NCBI GenBank assembly: GCA_977020255.1 | Contig: CDROCS010006174.1 | Location: forward strand, 62,001 to 126,000 | Length of the DNA stretch: 64,000 nucleotides | Direction of reading: 5' to 3' | Origin: Obrimoposthia wandeli | Taxonomy: Eukaryota | Shown here: piece by piece, positions 10,365-20,052 of the stretch | Layout: every line of letters starts with the position of its first letter | Position numbering within the stretch: the stretch's first letter is position 1 | Made by a program: the position numbers and the translations under genes | Notes under the pieces: model-generated | Seen by the model: the letters and a program-made list of their open reading frames with translations, nothing else | The model's database searches: none | What the model was told of the DNA's origin: nothing

Positions 10365-11093
10365 GTGAGATTTTATCGTCGACTATTGCCTTTTCGTGCT
10401 ATCAGCTTTGATTTAGACGATACTTTGTATAGCAATCATCCTATTATGTTAGCGGCCGATAAAAAAATGGCGGCTTATTTTGAAAAGATACTTAGTAACT
10501 ATGTTGTTGATAAGCAATTACAGGGAGCTTTTAATTTTCGTTTTTGGTTACCTTTTCGTCAGCAAGTTATCGCCCGGTCACCAGAAATAAAGCATGATAT
10601 TGGCCTATTGCGACAACAAAGTTATTTTGTTGGAGCCTTGTCATTGGGGTTAACCGACAGTGAGGCGACGTTATTTGCTGATAGCGCTTTAGCTTATTTT
10701 ACTGAACAGCGTAGCAATTTTACCCTACCGCAACAGACTCATGACTTTTTGAGTTATCTTAAAAGTAGAGTGCCATTAGTCGCCATCACCAATGGTAATG
10801 TTGATACCGATAAAATCGGTATTGCACAGTATTTTAGTCATCACTTTCACGCCTCGACTGATAACAAACTCAAGCCCGATCGCGATATGTTTAATAAAAC
10901 TTGTTTGGCGCTAAATATTGCACCAGAGCAGTTATTGCATGTTGGTGACTGTGGTAAAAACGATGTTTTTGGCGCCATTAATGCGGGTTGTCAAACTGCG
11001 TGGCTAAATCCATATCAAGTCGGAAAAGCACTGAAAGTTTTACCTACTATTGCGCTTGATCATATTGAGCAACTGACAAAAGTTTTACCATAA
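10365..11093 (+). CDS. yigB: HAD-IA hydrolase (YigB-like)
   Basis: MRFYRRL...AISFDLDDTLY, AITNGN, KPDRDMF, HVGD...DVFGA; GTG start. Confidence 0.88.
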   Translation: MRFYRRLLPFRAISFDLDDTLYSNHPIMLAADKKMAAYFEKILSNYVVDKQLQGAFNFRFWLPFRQQVIARSPEIKHDIGLLRQQSYFVGALSLGLTDSEATLFADSALAYFTEQRSNFTLPQQTHDFLSYLKSRVPLVAITNGNVDTDKIGIAQYFSHHFHASTDNKLKPDRDMFNKTCLALNIAPEQLLHVGDCGKNDVFGAINAGCQTAWLNPYQVGKALKVLPTIALDHIEQLTKVLP

Positions 11094-11290
11094 AGGTAAC
11101 TATCCCCAGAATATTTGAAGGTATCGTTTCTACATTCACTCTTTGTGGGCTTAGCTTTATTCTGGAACGGTGAGACCTTACCTCTAAAGTTTTTAAGTTT
11201 CACTGAGCGGGAAAATACTTAGTGAAATTGGTGTTAAATAGACTATTGCTTCTTTGCATCATCAAATACTTTCAGCATCATAAATACTCT

Positions 11291-11306
11291 CTGTATCATA
11301 AAATAG
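11291..11306. promoter_or_regulatory. Possible degenerate LexA (SOS) box upstream of uvrD
   Basis: CTGT-ATCATAAA-ATAG versus consensus CTGT-N8-ACAG (one mismatch); uvrD is LexA-regulated in E. coli. Confidence 0.35.
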
Positions 11307-11411
11307 TCGTTGGACGAATTTAGTCATCGATTCAACATAATGATAGCATTATCAAAATAGTGCTTAATTTGCTATGATAGTGCTATGTTTTTCTTTTGAT
11401 TTTACCTTGCT

Positions 11412-13586
11412 ATGGATGTTTCTGAATTACTTGATTCGTTGAACGATAAACAACGAGATGTTGTTGCTGCGCCACTACAAAATATGTTGGTGCTTGCTGG
11501 TGCTGGTAGTGGTAAAACGCGAGTGTTAGTGCAGCGTATTGCCTGGCTAATGAAGGTTGAACACGCCTCTGCGCACAGTATTTTGGCGGTTACGTTTACC
11601 AATAAAGCTGCGGCTGAAATGCGAGCCCGTGTAGAGCAGACCGTTGACGGTAACGTGCACGGCATGTGGGTAGGCACTTTCCATGGTTTAGCACATCGTT
11701 TACTACGTATGCACTTTCAAGAAGCAAAACTGCCACAAGCTTTCCAAGTACTTGATTCTGATGATCAGCTGCGCATGGTTAAGCGTATTGTTCGCTCATT
11801 AGAATTAGATGAAAAACGCTGGCCAGCGAAACAATTTCTTTGGTATATCAATGGTAAAAAAGACGAAGGTTTACGACCGCAACATATTGATACTCATGAT
11901 GATGTTACTGAAGAAACCTTTGTTAAAGTTTATCGCGTTTATCAAGACACTTGTGATCGTGCGGGCTTAGTCGATTTTGCTGAGCTATTACTTAGAGCTC
12001 ACGAACTTTGGTTGAATAACCCTGAATTATTACAGCATTATCAGCAGCGTTTTTCTCATGTATTAGTCGACGAGTTTCAAGATACTAACGCTATTCAGTA
12101 TGCTTGGTTAAATATGCTCGGCAAAAAAAGTGGCAATGTCATGATTGTTGGTGACGATGACCAATCTATTTACGGCTGGCGTGGCGCAAAAATAGAAAAT
12201 ATTCAACGTTTTCTAGAAGATTTTGATGGCGCTAAAACCATTAAACTTGAGCAAAATTATCGCTCAACAGCCAACATTCTTAATGCCGCGAATCAACTTA
12301 TTAGTAATAATAACAATCGCCTAGGTAAAGATTTGTGGACTGAAGATGATGCGGGCGAAAAAATATCTATTTATACCGCTTTCAACGAAATAGATGAAGC
12401 ACGTTTTATTGCTGGGCGTATTGCGGAGTGGCGTAAAAAAGATGGCTCGCTCGACGATGTTGCTATTTTATATCGCAGTAATGCACAGTCCCGTTTGATG
12501 GAAGAAGCATTAATTCAAGCAAAATTACCTTATAAAATTTATGGTGGTTTACGATTTTTTGAACGCCAAGAAATCAAAGATGCACTCGCATATTTACGCT
12601 TATTAAATAATCGTGACGATGATGCGGCATTTGAGCGTGTGATAAACACACCAACACGCGGTATTGGTAATCAAACGTTGAGCATAGTGCGCGACGCAGC
12701 AAGAAGCTTAGAGTGTACCTTGTGGCAAGCATGCCAGCACATGATGAAAAGTGAGCAGCTTAAAGGTCGCAGCGCTAAAGTTATTCAGCAGTTCATTAAT
12801 GTTATTGACCAGTTAGAAGACGATTCAAATACCCTGAACCTTGATCAACAAGCAAACTATGTTATTCAACATTCAGGTTTAAAAGCAATGTACCAAGCCG
12901 AAAAAGGTGAGCGTGCAGAAGCGAGAATAGAAAACTTAAATGAGTTAGTTACTGCTTGTCAAACTTTTGAAGTTGACCCTGAACTTGAAGAAGAACAAAG
13001 TCCACTGACCGCATTTTTAACTCACGCTGCATTAGAGTCAGGTGAATCGCAAGCTGATGAACATGAATCAGCGGTGCAATTAATGACGATGCATTCAGCG
13101 AAAGGTTTAGAGTTTCCATTAGTCTTTATTGCTGGTTTGGAAGAAGGAATGTTTCCTTCACAGCAATCGGTTGAAGATTTGAGCCGTTTAGAAGAAGAAC
13201 GTCGTTTATGTTACGTCGGCATGACTCGAGCAATGCAAAAGTTATATTTATGTCATGCAGAAAGCCGTCGCTTGTACGGTCAAGAGAAAAACCATAAGGC
13301 GAGTCGTTTTTTGAAAGAGTTGCCTGAAACTTGTGTCGAAGAAATTCGTATCCAAAATCAAGTGAAAAAACCAGTAACTACCGGGCGTTTCTCCTCAACA
13401 TTAACACTAGAGACCTTTGGTAACTCAGGTTTTAAATTAGGCCAAAATGTTCGCCATAAAAAGTTTGGTGACGGTGTGGTATTAAATTACGAAGGTAGTG
13501 GGCCACAAAGTCGTATTCAAGTTAATTTTGCCGATGTTGGTTGTAAATGGCTCGTTGTTGCCTATGCTAATTTAGAAACTCTGTAA
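11412..13586 (+). CDS. uvrD: DNA helicase II
   Basis: [59 protein letters not shown]-terminal Tudor-like domain. Confidence 0.98.
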   Translation: MDVSELLDSLNDKQRDVVAAPLQNMLVLAGAGSGKTRVLVQRIAWLMKVEHASAHSILAVTFTNKAAAEMRARVEQTVDGNVHGMWVGTFHGLAHRLLRMHFQEAKLPQAFQVLDSDDQLRMVKRIVRSLELDEKRWPAKQFLWYINGKKDEGLRPQHIDTHDDVTEETFVKVYRVYQDTCDRAGLVDFAELLLRAHELWLNNPELLQHYQQRFSHVLVDEFQDTNAIQYAWLNMLGKKSGNVMIVGDDDQSIYGWRGAKIENIQRFLEDFDGAKTIKLEQNYRSTANILNAANQLISNNNNRLGKDLWTEDDAGEKISIYTAFNEIDEARFIAGRIAEWRKKDGSLDDVAILYRSNAQSRLMEEALIQAKLPYKIYGGLRFFERQEIKDALAYLRLLNNRDDDAAFERVINTPTRGIGNQTLSIVRDAARSLECTLWQACQHMMKSEQLKGRSAKVIQQFINVIDQLEDDSNTLNLDQQANYVIQHSGLKAMYQAEKGERAEARIENLNELVTACQTFEVDPELEEEQSPLTAFLTHAALESGESQADEHESAVQLMTMHSAKGLEFPLVFIAGLEEGMFPSQQSVEDLSRLEEERRLCYVGMTRAMQKLYLCHAESRRLYGQEKNHKASRFLKELPETCVEEIRIQNQVKKPVTTGRFSSTLTLETFGNSGFKLGQNVRHKKFGDGVVLNYEGSGPQSRIQVNFADVGCKWLVVAYANLETL

Positions 13587-13637
13587 ATAAACTTTATTGG
13601 CGATCAATAGTGTTATTTAACGGTTTACTCATTATAA

Positions 13638-13671
13638 ATTTATTACTAATAACTAGTTATTGGTAATAAAT
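13638..13671. repeat. 34-bp near-perfect AT-rich palindrome
   Basis: ATTTATTACTAATAACT|AGTTATTGGTAATAAAT: 17-nt arms, no spacer, one T/G mismatch. Confidence 0.8.
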
Positions 13672-13828
13672 AGGCTCTGATAAATATGAGAACGTTAGTT
13701 TGATCTGAAAATGAATAGTAAAAATAACCCTTTAAGAATACTTGTTTATTAACCTGAATTAATTGAGGCTTTCTCTTTGATTAAGCTTAATTTTAGTCAA
13801 ATAGTTTGTCAAAAACTAGGAGCATATA

Positions 13829-15085
13829 ATGTCAAAGAAGTTACTGGTGGTTGAAGACAGTCGCCCAATAGCGCGCGTGATTAAGCAAATAGGTGAGTCA
13901 CTTAACTATCAAGTTACTATTGCCGCTAGCCTAGCGGAAGTTGAAGCTTTGTTGCAAGGAGGTGATAACAAATTTTTCGCAGCGACTATTGACTACACCT
14001 TACCTGATGCACTTAACGGTGAAGCGATTAGTTGTGTGTTATCTCATGGAATTCCTGGTGTTGTTTTGACTGGAAAAATGGATGAAGCTACCCGTCAACA
14101 GATTTTATCTTATCCAGTGATCGACTATATTCCAAAAGAAAATAGCCAAGCATTTTTGTACTTAAAGCGCATTTTACATTGGCAACTAAGCAATCAAGGT
14201 AATGGTGTGTTAGTGGTCGATGATTCTTTATCGGCACGAAACCATGTGGTTGAGTTACTTAAGCGTCGTAACTTTAATGTTTATATTGCTGAAAATGGCC
14301 AATTGGCTTTAGATGTATTACAGCAACATAGTGATATAAAAATGGTTATTACTGATCTTGAAATGCCTGTCATGGATGGTATCGAATTAACCAATGAAAT
14401 ACGTAAAATATATAGCCGTGATCAACTCGCTATTATTGGTGTTTCAGGGGCAACTAATGGTATGCATTCAGCTCGTTTTATAAAAAACGGTGCCGATGAT
14501 TTTTTAAGAAAACCTTTTTGTCCAGAAGAGTTCTATTGTCGTATTACGCAAAACATTGAAAACTTAAGTAATATTGAACAAATTCAAAAAGCTGCTAATA
14601 CCGACTACCTAACTGATTTGCCTAATCGCCGTGCTTTTATTCGAGATGCAGAAGCTTTTATTAGTGACTGCATTAGCCAGCAGGCAATTTATGCATTAGC
14701 TATATTGGATATTGATTATTTCAAAAAGGTTAATGACAATTATGGTCATGAAGCTGGTGATCATACATTGAAAGTATTAGCCTTGTACATGCGCAAACAT
14801 TTTGGTGCTGGTTTAATTTCTCGCTTAGGTGGTGAAGAGTTTGCCATATTAATGAAGGGCTTAGATGAAGATCAATTATATACCCGTTTAGATGATTTCC
14901 GTCGTTCTATTTCTGTTGCACAAATAGCGTTTGAAGAACAGCAAATCAACTTTTCGGTCAGCTTAGGCATGATCTACAATAGCCAAGAGTCATTAGCTAA
15001 ACAAATGAGCTTAGCTGATGGTGCATTGTATTACGCAAAAGAAAATGGCCGAAATCAGATCAGTATCTCTGGGGCCGACGAGTAA
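13829..15085 (+). CDS. REC-REC-GGDEF response-regulator diguanylate cyclase
   Basis: LLVVED..IDY first receiver; VLVVDD..ITDLEMP second receiver; DYLTDLPNRR, DIDYFKKVNDNYGH, RLGGEEF; no RxxD I-site. Confidence 0.92.
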   Translation: MSKKLLVVEDSRPIARVIKQIGESLNYQVTIAASLAEVEALLQGGDNKFFAATIDYTLPDALNGEAISCVLSHGIPGVVLTGKMDEATRQQILSYPVIDYIPKENSQAFLYLKRILHWQLSNQGNGVLVVDDSLSARNHVVELLKRRNFNVYIAENGQLALDVLQQHSDIKMVITDLEMPVMDGIELTNEIRKIYSRDQLAIIGVSGATNGMHSARFIKNGADDFLRKPFCPEEFYCRITQNIENLSNIEQIQKAANTDYLTDLPNRRAFIRDAEAFISDCISQQAIYALAILDIDYFKKVNDNYGHEAGDHTLKVLALYMRKHFGAGLISRLGGEEFAILMKGLDEDQLYTRLDDFRRSISVAQIAFEEQQINFSVSLGMIYNSQESLAKQMSLADGALYYAKENGRNQISISGADE

Positions 15086-15117
15086 TTTTATCAATAATTT
15101 TACTGAGATTATGAAAC

Positions 15118-15147
15118 ATAAAGCGTGTTACTTATAACACGCTTTAT
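15118..15147. terminator. Bidirectional intrinsic terminator between convergent DGC and rarD
   Basis: ATAAAGCGTGTTA-CTTA-TAACACGCTTTAT, perfect 13-bp stem. Confidence 0.8.
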
Positions 15148-15165
15148 TTGTTTTCTGCCTTACCT

Positions 15166-16080
15166 TTACTGTGTTACAACCACGTTCTTAGCGCGTTTTC
15201 TTGCCTTTATTGAATCAACACTATATATGGCTAATGCCGTCCATAGACAAGCGAAAGTAATTAGCTTTGCAGCGTAGAGCGGCTCTTGGTAATAAAACGT
15301 TGCTAACAGAAACATAATGCTTGGACCAATATATTGAAAAAATCCTAAAGCTGATAAGGTCATACGCTTTGTTGCAGCCGTAAAACAAAGTAAAGGTGCT
15401 GTGGTGACAATACCTGCACAAATAAGTAATACATTCAATGTTATAGGATTCTCTTGCATATTACTGGTGCTGGTTTTTAAAAATATTATCCAATAAATCA
15501 AAGCGATTGGTAGCATCATCAATGACTCGATTAGTAAACCAACAAAAGAATCTAACGGCATTTTCTTGCGTAATAAACCATAGATACCAAAGGTAGCAGC
15601 CAGTGCTAGTGAGATCATCGGCAGTGAGCCAACCATAAATAGTTGAATCATAACGCCAACAAACGCTAAGCCAACAGCAAAGAGTTGCCATGGTCGTAAA
15701 CGTTCACCTAAAAATACAACCCCGAGTGCAACACTGAACAGTGGATTAATGTAATAACCTAAACTGGCATCAAGTAAATGATCGTTATTGACCGCCCAAA
15801 TGAACATAAACCAATTGACCGCTAAAAATGCGGCTGAAATGGTTAAGCGTATAACTATTTTAGGCTGAGTAATTGTGGTGATAAAAGTCTGCCAGCGTTT
15901 GGTGAGTAATACGACAAGTAGTAGCAGTAGGGTTGACCAGACAACGCGATGAACAAGAATTTCATCAGCATTTATATGATCAATCAGTTTAAAATAAAGC
16001 GGGGCAACTCCCCACATAGCATAGGCGCTAATTGCGCTAATAATACCGCCGCGTAAGGCTGTTTTTTGAGATGTCGGCAT
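15166..16080 (-). CDS. rarD: EamA/DMT transporter RarD
   Basis: AYAMWGVAPLYFK, ASLGYYINPL, LGFFQYIGPS; multiple TM helices. Start taken at ATG 16080. Confidence 0.93.
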   Translation of the reverse strand: MPTSQKTALRGGIISAISAYAMWGVAPLYFKLIDHINADEILVHRVVWSTLLLLLVVLLTKRWQTFITTITQPKIVIRLTISAAFLAVNWFMFIWAVNNDHLLDASLGYYINPLFSVALGVVFLGERLRPWQLFAVGLAFVGVMIQLFMVGSLPMISLALAATFGIYGLLRKKMPLDSFVGLLIESLMMLPIALIYWIIFLKTSTSNMQENPITLNVLLICAGIVTTAPLLCFTAATKRMTLSALGFFQYIGPSIMFLLATFYYQEPLYAAKLITFACLWTALAIYSVDSIKARKRAKNVVVTQ

Positions 16081-16254
16081 GAGATAGGTTCGTTGCTCAT
16101 ATTTTTTAGAGGCGGCGATAATACCACTAATAAGCACATGGCATGCTAACAATTGTTCATCAATAATTGCTCATCAGTCATTCACCACTCATCTATCCGT
16201 AATGGGTCGAGAACAAACCATCAACGAGTCATGAGTCACACTTAAATGGTCAAT

Positions 16255-16710
16255 TTATCCCACCATGTATGTGCCTGTTCCAAAAGCAATGTGATCGCCT
16301 TTTTCGTTATGCATTTCCATACGCGCTACCGCGACTTTGCTACCGCTGCGAATAATTTTTGCAGTGGCAACAAATTTCTCTCCACGACCTGGCCTTAAAA
16401 AATCAGTACGTAAATCGATAGTGCTTAAGCGACTTAAACTCTGTGCTATTATTTCCGGCGTTAATTCAGGTAGTTGCGACAACATATTTGCAGCGGCTAC
16501 TACGCCACCAACAAGATCGAGTGCTGACGCTGTTACACCACCGTGAAGAATTTTTTGCTCAGGATTACCAATGAGCTTATCTTGCCAAACAATGCTAACT
16601 TCAGATTCTTGGCTATTAAATTTCGTCACTTCTAGCCCCAATAACTTATTAAAAGGCATTGCTTGGCTCCAATAGTGAGCTAGCTGCTTAAACGACTCTT
16701 CATGTGTCAT
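16255..16710 (-). CDS. yigI: Hotdog-fold thioesterase (YigI-like)
   Basis: MPFNKLLG, ILHGGVTASALD, STIDLRTDFLRPG, GTGTYMVG; upstream of rarD as in E. coli. Confidence 0.85.
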   Translation of the reverse strand: MTHEESFKQLAHYWSQAMPFNKLLGLEVTKFNSQESEVSIVWQDKLIGNPEQKILHGGVTASALDLVGGVVAAANMLSQLPELTPEIIAQSLSRLSTIDLRTDFLRPGRGEKFVATAKIIRSGSKVAVARMEMHNEKGDHIAFGTGTYMVG

Positions 16711-16838
16711 AAACTTTCCTGTTAGGTCTATTGAAATAAAAGAATAACAATAATTGCTACTATATTGAAAATAAATCTCCGCACCAAGCTGTTACTGCGC
16801 TAAAATGTCGACTGATTTCATCGACTGAAGATTTTCTC

Positions 16839-18638
16839 TTGCAAGCCACTTCCTCTACGACATTAACTGAAGCGCTTAAACATCATTTTGGTTATCAAAC
16901 GTTTCGTTCCGGCCAAGAAGAAATTATTAATCATGCGCTTCAGGGCAGAGACAGCCTAGTGTTAATGCCTACAGGTGGCGGTAAATCTATGTGTTACCAA
17001 CTGCCTGCAACCTTATTACCAGGTGTTACTATTGTTGTTTCGCCGTTAATTGCCTTGATGAAAGATCAAGTTGATGGTTTGGTAAGACAAGGAATTTCAG
17101 CCGCTTATGTTAACTCTTCACTTGATGCTGATACCATTAATGATATTTTTAAGCGCTTAGGTCAAGGTGAAATAAAATTACTTTATGTTGCCCCTGAACG
17201 CCTGAAAAATTACTATTTTATTCAAGGCTTATCGCAATTAACCGTTAGTCTTTTTGCCATTGACGAAGCTCATTGTATTTCGCAATGGGGGCATGACTTT
17301 CGCCCTGCCTATACTCAACTACATATGCTGAAGCAAAATTTTCCACATGTACCCGTGATGGCACTAACCGCAACAGCTGATGTGACAACACGTCGCGATA
17401 TATTGCAGCAGTTAGCTTTGCATGACCCCTACATTCATCTTGATAGTTTTGACCGACCTAATATTCGCTTTACCCTTGCAGAGAAATACCAAGGTGAACA
17501 ACAAGCCATTGGTTACATCAAAAAACGTAAAGATGAATGTGGCATCATTTATTGTAATAGTCGTTGGCAAGTCGAAAAATTAGCGAAGCGCTTGGCGGAA
17601 TCGGGTATCAACTGTTCTGCCTATCATGCCGGCTTAGAGTCAGAAATCCGTAATATTATTCAAGATAAATTTGCTAAAGATGACATACAGATTGTCGTTG
17701 CTACGGTTGCTTTTGGGCTTGGTATTAATAAATCTAACGTGCGTTTTGTTATTCACTACGAGCCACCCAGAACTTTAGAGTCATACTACCAAGAAATTGG
17801 TCGTGCTGGTCGAGATGGTTTACCTGCTGAAGCACTTTTTCTTTATGATGAGAAAGATGTTGAGCGCATTAGTAAGCGTATCTCTGAAGGTGAAAATGAG
17901 CAACGAGTCAATGTTGAGCTACAACGTTTTCAAGCCATGCGCGGCTTTGTTGATGCGCAAACCTGTCGACGTCGAGTCGTGTTAAATTACTTTGCCGAAT
18001 TTACGGAAAAGGGCTGTGGTAACTGTGATATTTGCTTAGATCCTCCTAGCCAATTTGATGCAACAGAGGCCGCTCAAAAAGTACTGTCTTGCGTCTATCG
18101 TATTGAAGGCAATGGTGACGTAGAACATGTTGTTGCTGTGCTTCGGGCTGAAGTGAATGAAAAAATTGTGCAACTTGGCCATGACAAAGTTTCTACCTTT
18201 GGTATCGGTAAAGACAAAACACCGGGTTATTGGTTCTCGATTGTGCGACAGTTGATTCATTTAGGTTATTTACAACAAGATATTGCTGCCCAGTCTAACT
18301 TATGCCTCACACAGGCCGCGGGTGGTGTTTTAAAAGGTCAGGAGCCCTTGATGTTAGCGGCACCTCGTCTGCAAAAGGCAAGTTATTGGCAACGTAATAA
18401 ACGTGAGAAAGTTTACGACAGAGCGCTATTTTCTAAGTTAAGATCATTACGTAAAGAAATAGCTGCGCTAGAAGATATAGCACCTTTTATTGTGTTCAAT
18501 GATGCAACATTAGCAGAATTGGCGAGAGTAAAACCCTTAACATCAAGACAGATGCTAAATGTCAGTGGTATTGGTGATACGAAATTAGCGCGTTATGGCG
18601 AACCGTTTTTGTCTTTGATTAAACAACATCAAAACTAG
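16839..18638 (+). CDS. recQ: ATP-dependent DNA helicase RecQ
   Basis: [42 protein letters not shown] zinc site, HRDC domain (FIVFNDATL). Confidence 0.96.
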   Translation: MQATSSTTLTEALKHHFGYQTFRSGQEEIINHALQGRDSLVLMPTGGGKSMCYQLPATLLPGVTIVVSPLIALMKDQVDGLVRQGISAAYVNSSLDADTINDIFKRLGQGEIKLLYVAPERLKNYYFIQGLSQLTVSLFAIDEAHCISQWGHDFRPAYTQLHMLKQNFPHVPVMALTATADVTTRRDILQQLALHDPYIHLDSFDRPNIRFTLAEKYQGEQQAIGYIKKRKDECGIIYCNSRWQVEKLAKRLAESGINCSAYHAGLESEIRNIIQDKFAKDDIQIVVATVAFGLGINKSNVRFVIHYEPPRTLESYYQEIGRAGRDGLPAEALFLYDEKDVERISKRISEGENEQRVNVELQRFQAMRGFVDAQTCRRRVVLNYFAEFTEKGCGNCDICLDPPSQFDATEAAQKVLSCVYRIEGNGDVEHVVAVLRAEVNEKIVQLGHDKVSTFGIGKDKTPGYWFSIVRQLIHLGYLQQDIAAQSNLCLTQAAGGVLKGQEPLMLAAPRLQKASYWQRNKREKVYDRALFSKLRSLRKEIAALEDIAPFIVFNDATLAELARVKPLTSRQMLNVSGIGDTKLARYGEPFLSLIKQHQN

Positions 18639-18690
18639 ACGTTGTTATCATTACTGATAGTAAAAACATATTCTGTTCTAGCAGAGACAA

Positions 18691-18714
18691 AAAAAGCGCT
18701 AAATAGCGCTTTTT
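18691..18714. terminator. Bidirectional terminator between recQ and cytochrome c gene
   Basis: AAAAAGCGCTA-AA-TAGCGCTTTTT. Confidence 0.8.
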
Positions 18715-18731
18715 ACAATAATAATTTAAGG

Positions 18732-19031
18732 CTACTTAAGGCTTGCGTAGTAAGCTGCAACGTTTGCAACATCTTCATCAGATAAAGTCATCGCCATTGG
18801 AGCCATTACTGGATCTTTACGATTGCCAGATTTAAAATCTCTTAATTGCTTAGCAAGGTAAGCTTCTTTTTGGCCAGCAAGGTTAGGATACATAGGAACA
18901 GCCGAAATACCTGCCGCGCCGTGACATGCTGCACACATAGCCGTTTTAGCTTTACCTGCCGCAGCATCGCCAGCGAATACAGGTGAGGTCATCATAACAG
19001 TAGCAGCAAGAGCTAAAGTAAGTTTTTTCAT
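18732..19031 (-). CDS. Periplasmic monoheme class I cytochrome c (c553/c4-like)
   Basis: Signal peptide, CAACH heme motif, [16 protein letters not shown] axial Met region. Confidence 0.92.
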   Translation of the reverse strand: MKKLTLALAATVMMTSPVFAGDAAAGKAKTAMCAACHGAAGISAVPMYPNLAGQKEAYLAKQLRDFKSGNRKDPVMAPMAMTLSDEDVANVAAYYASLK

Positions 19032-19201
19032 AATATTACTCTCTTTGATAAATAATTTTAAAGGATCCTTGCTTGATTATATGTAAAAAGTTAAGCATTG
19101 TCGTTGCTTTTTTTATGATCATGCCAGTATGAAAACTTATCTATTAATTTGTTGCGCTCGCACAAGTTTTAAACAATTAATTTAATTGAAGAAGAAAAAA
19201 T

Positions 19202-19507
19202 ATGTTAAGAACAAACCCTATAGAGATTATTAGCTTTGAAGAAATTGACGGAAAAGTACTACAGTTTCAACTCGATGTTGATTGGACCATAGATGATGCT
19301 AGCGTGATTACACAGCAAATATTGTCAAAAATATCTGTGCAAGCTATTGAAACTATCCAAGGTGCAGACATTTATTGTGTAAGATTTAAATATGGTATAA
19401 ATGAATTGCTATTAAATATCGAAGAATATAGCCATGCTTGTTGGTTGGAGTGTGTCACAGAGCAAGATATTGCAGCCTTGCAGGCAATAAAAGTGCTTTT
19501 ATCTTAG
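19202..19507 (+). CDS. DUF3630-like protein
   Basis: QGADIYCVRF...EEYSHACWLE pattern; family assigned from memory. Confidence 0.55.
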   Translation: MLRTNPIEIISFEEIDGKVLQFQLDVDWTIDDASVITQQILSKISVQAIETIQGADIYCVRFKYGINELLLNIEEYSHACWLECVTEQDIAALQAIKVLLS

Positions 19508-19569
19508 TTCATTAATGTTTGTTGGCGGATAGTCTTGTCATTACGCTCAGTTATCTAAGGTAAAATCCG

Positions 19570-20052
19570 ATGGAAAAAATTTTAATCAGCAGTTGCTTTT
19601 TGGGTAATAAAGTTCGCTATGATGGCGGAGATAACTTAATTGAAAACGAGACAATAGAACGTTGGCGCAGAGAAAAGCGTTTAGTTGTTATTTGTCCTGA
19701 ATTGGCTGGCGGTTTATCGACACCGAGGGCACCAGCTGAAATCCAAATCAGTGATATGAGTATTGCCGTTAAAACTATTGTTGGTGAGGATGTTACAGCA
19801 GCATTTGAACGAGGTGCTCAACAGGCGTTACAGCTCTGTGAAAAATATAATATTCGCTATGCTTTATTAAAAGAGTCTAGTCCTTCGTGTGGTAGTTCAA
19901 GCGTATATAATGGTGAATTCAATCAACAAAAAATCCCTGGGCAGGGGATAACCACGGCGGCATTACGAGCAAACGGAGTTAACGTGTATTCGGAAAAAAA
20001 CTTATCTATCTTAATTAATGAATTTAGGTTGCTCGAGCTTGCGCAACATTAA
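19570..20052 (+). CDS. DUF523 / 2-thiouracil desulfurase family Fe-S protein
   Basis: SSCFLGNKVRYDG, ICPELAGGLSTPR, LKESSPSCG cysteine motifs. Confidence 0.88.
   Translation: MEKILISSCFLGNKVRYDGGDNLIENETIERWRREKRLVVICPELAGGLSTPRAPAEIQISDMSIAVKTIVGEDVTAAFERGAQQALQLCEKYNIRYALLKESSPSCGSSSVYNGEFNQQKIPGQGITTAALRANGVNVYSEKNLSILINEFRLLELAQH

Noticed and set aside
11093-11230. Nested stems after yigB (CCAGAATA/TATTCTGG; TTTCACTGAG/CTTAGTGAAA)
   Set aside because: Consistent with ordinary 3' UTR structure; no family motif and no xerC remnant.
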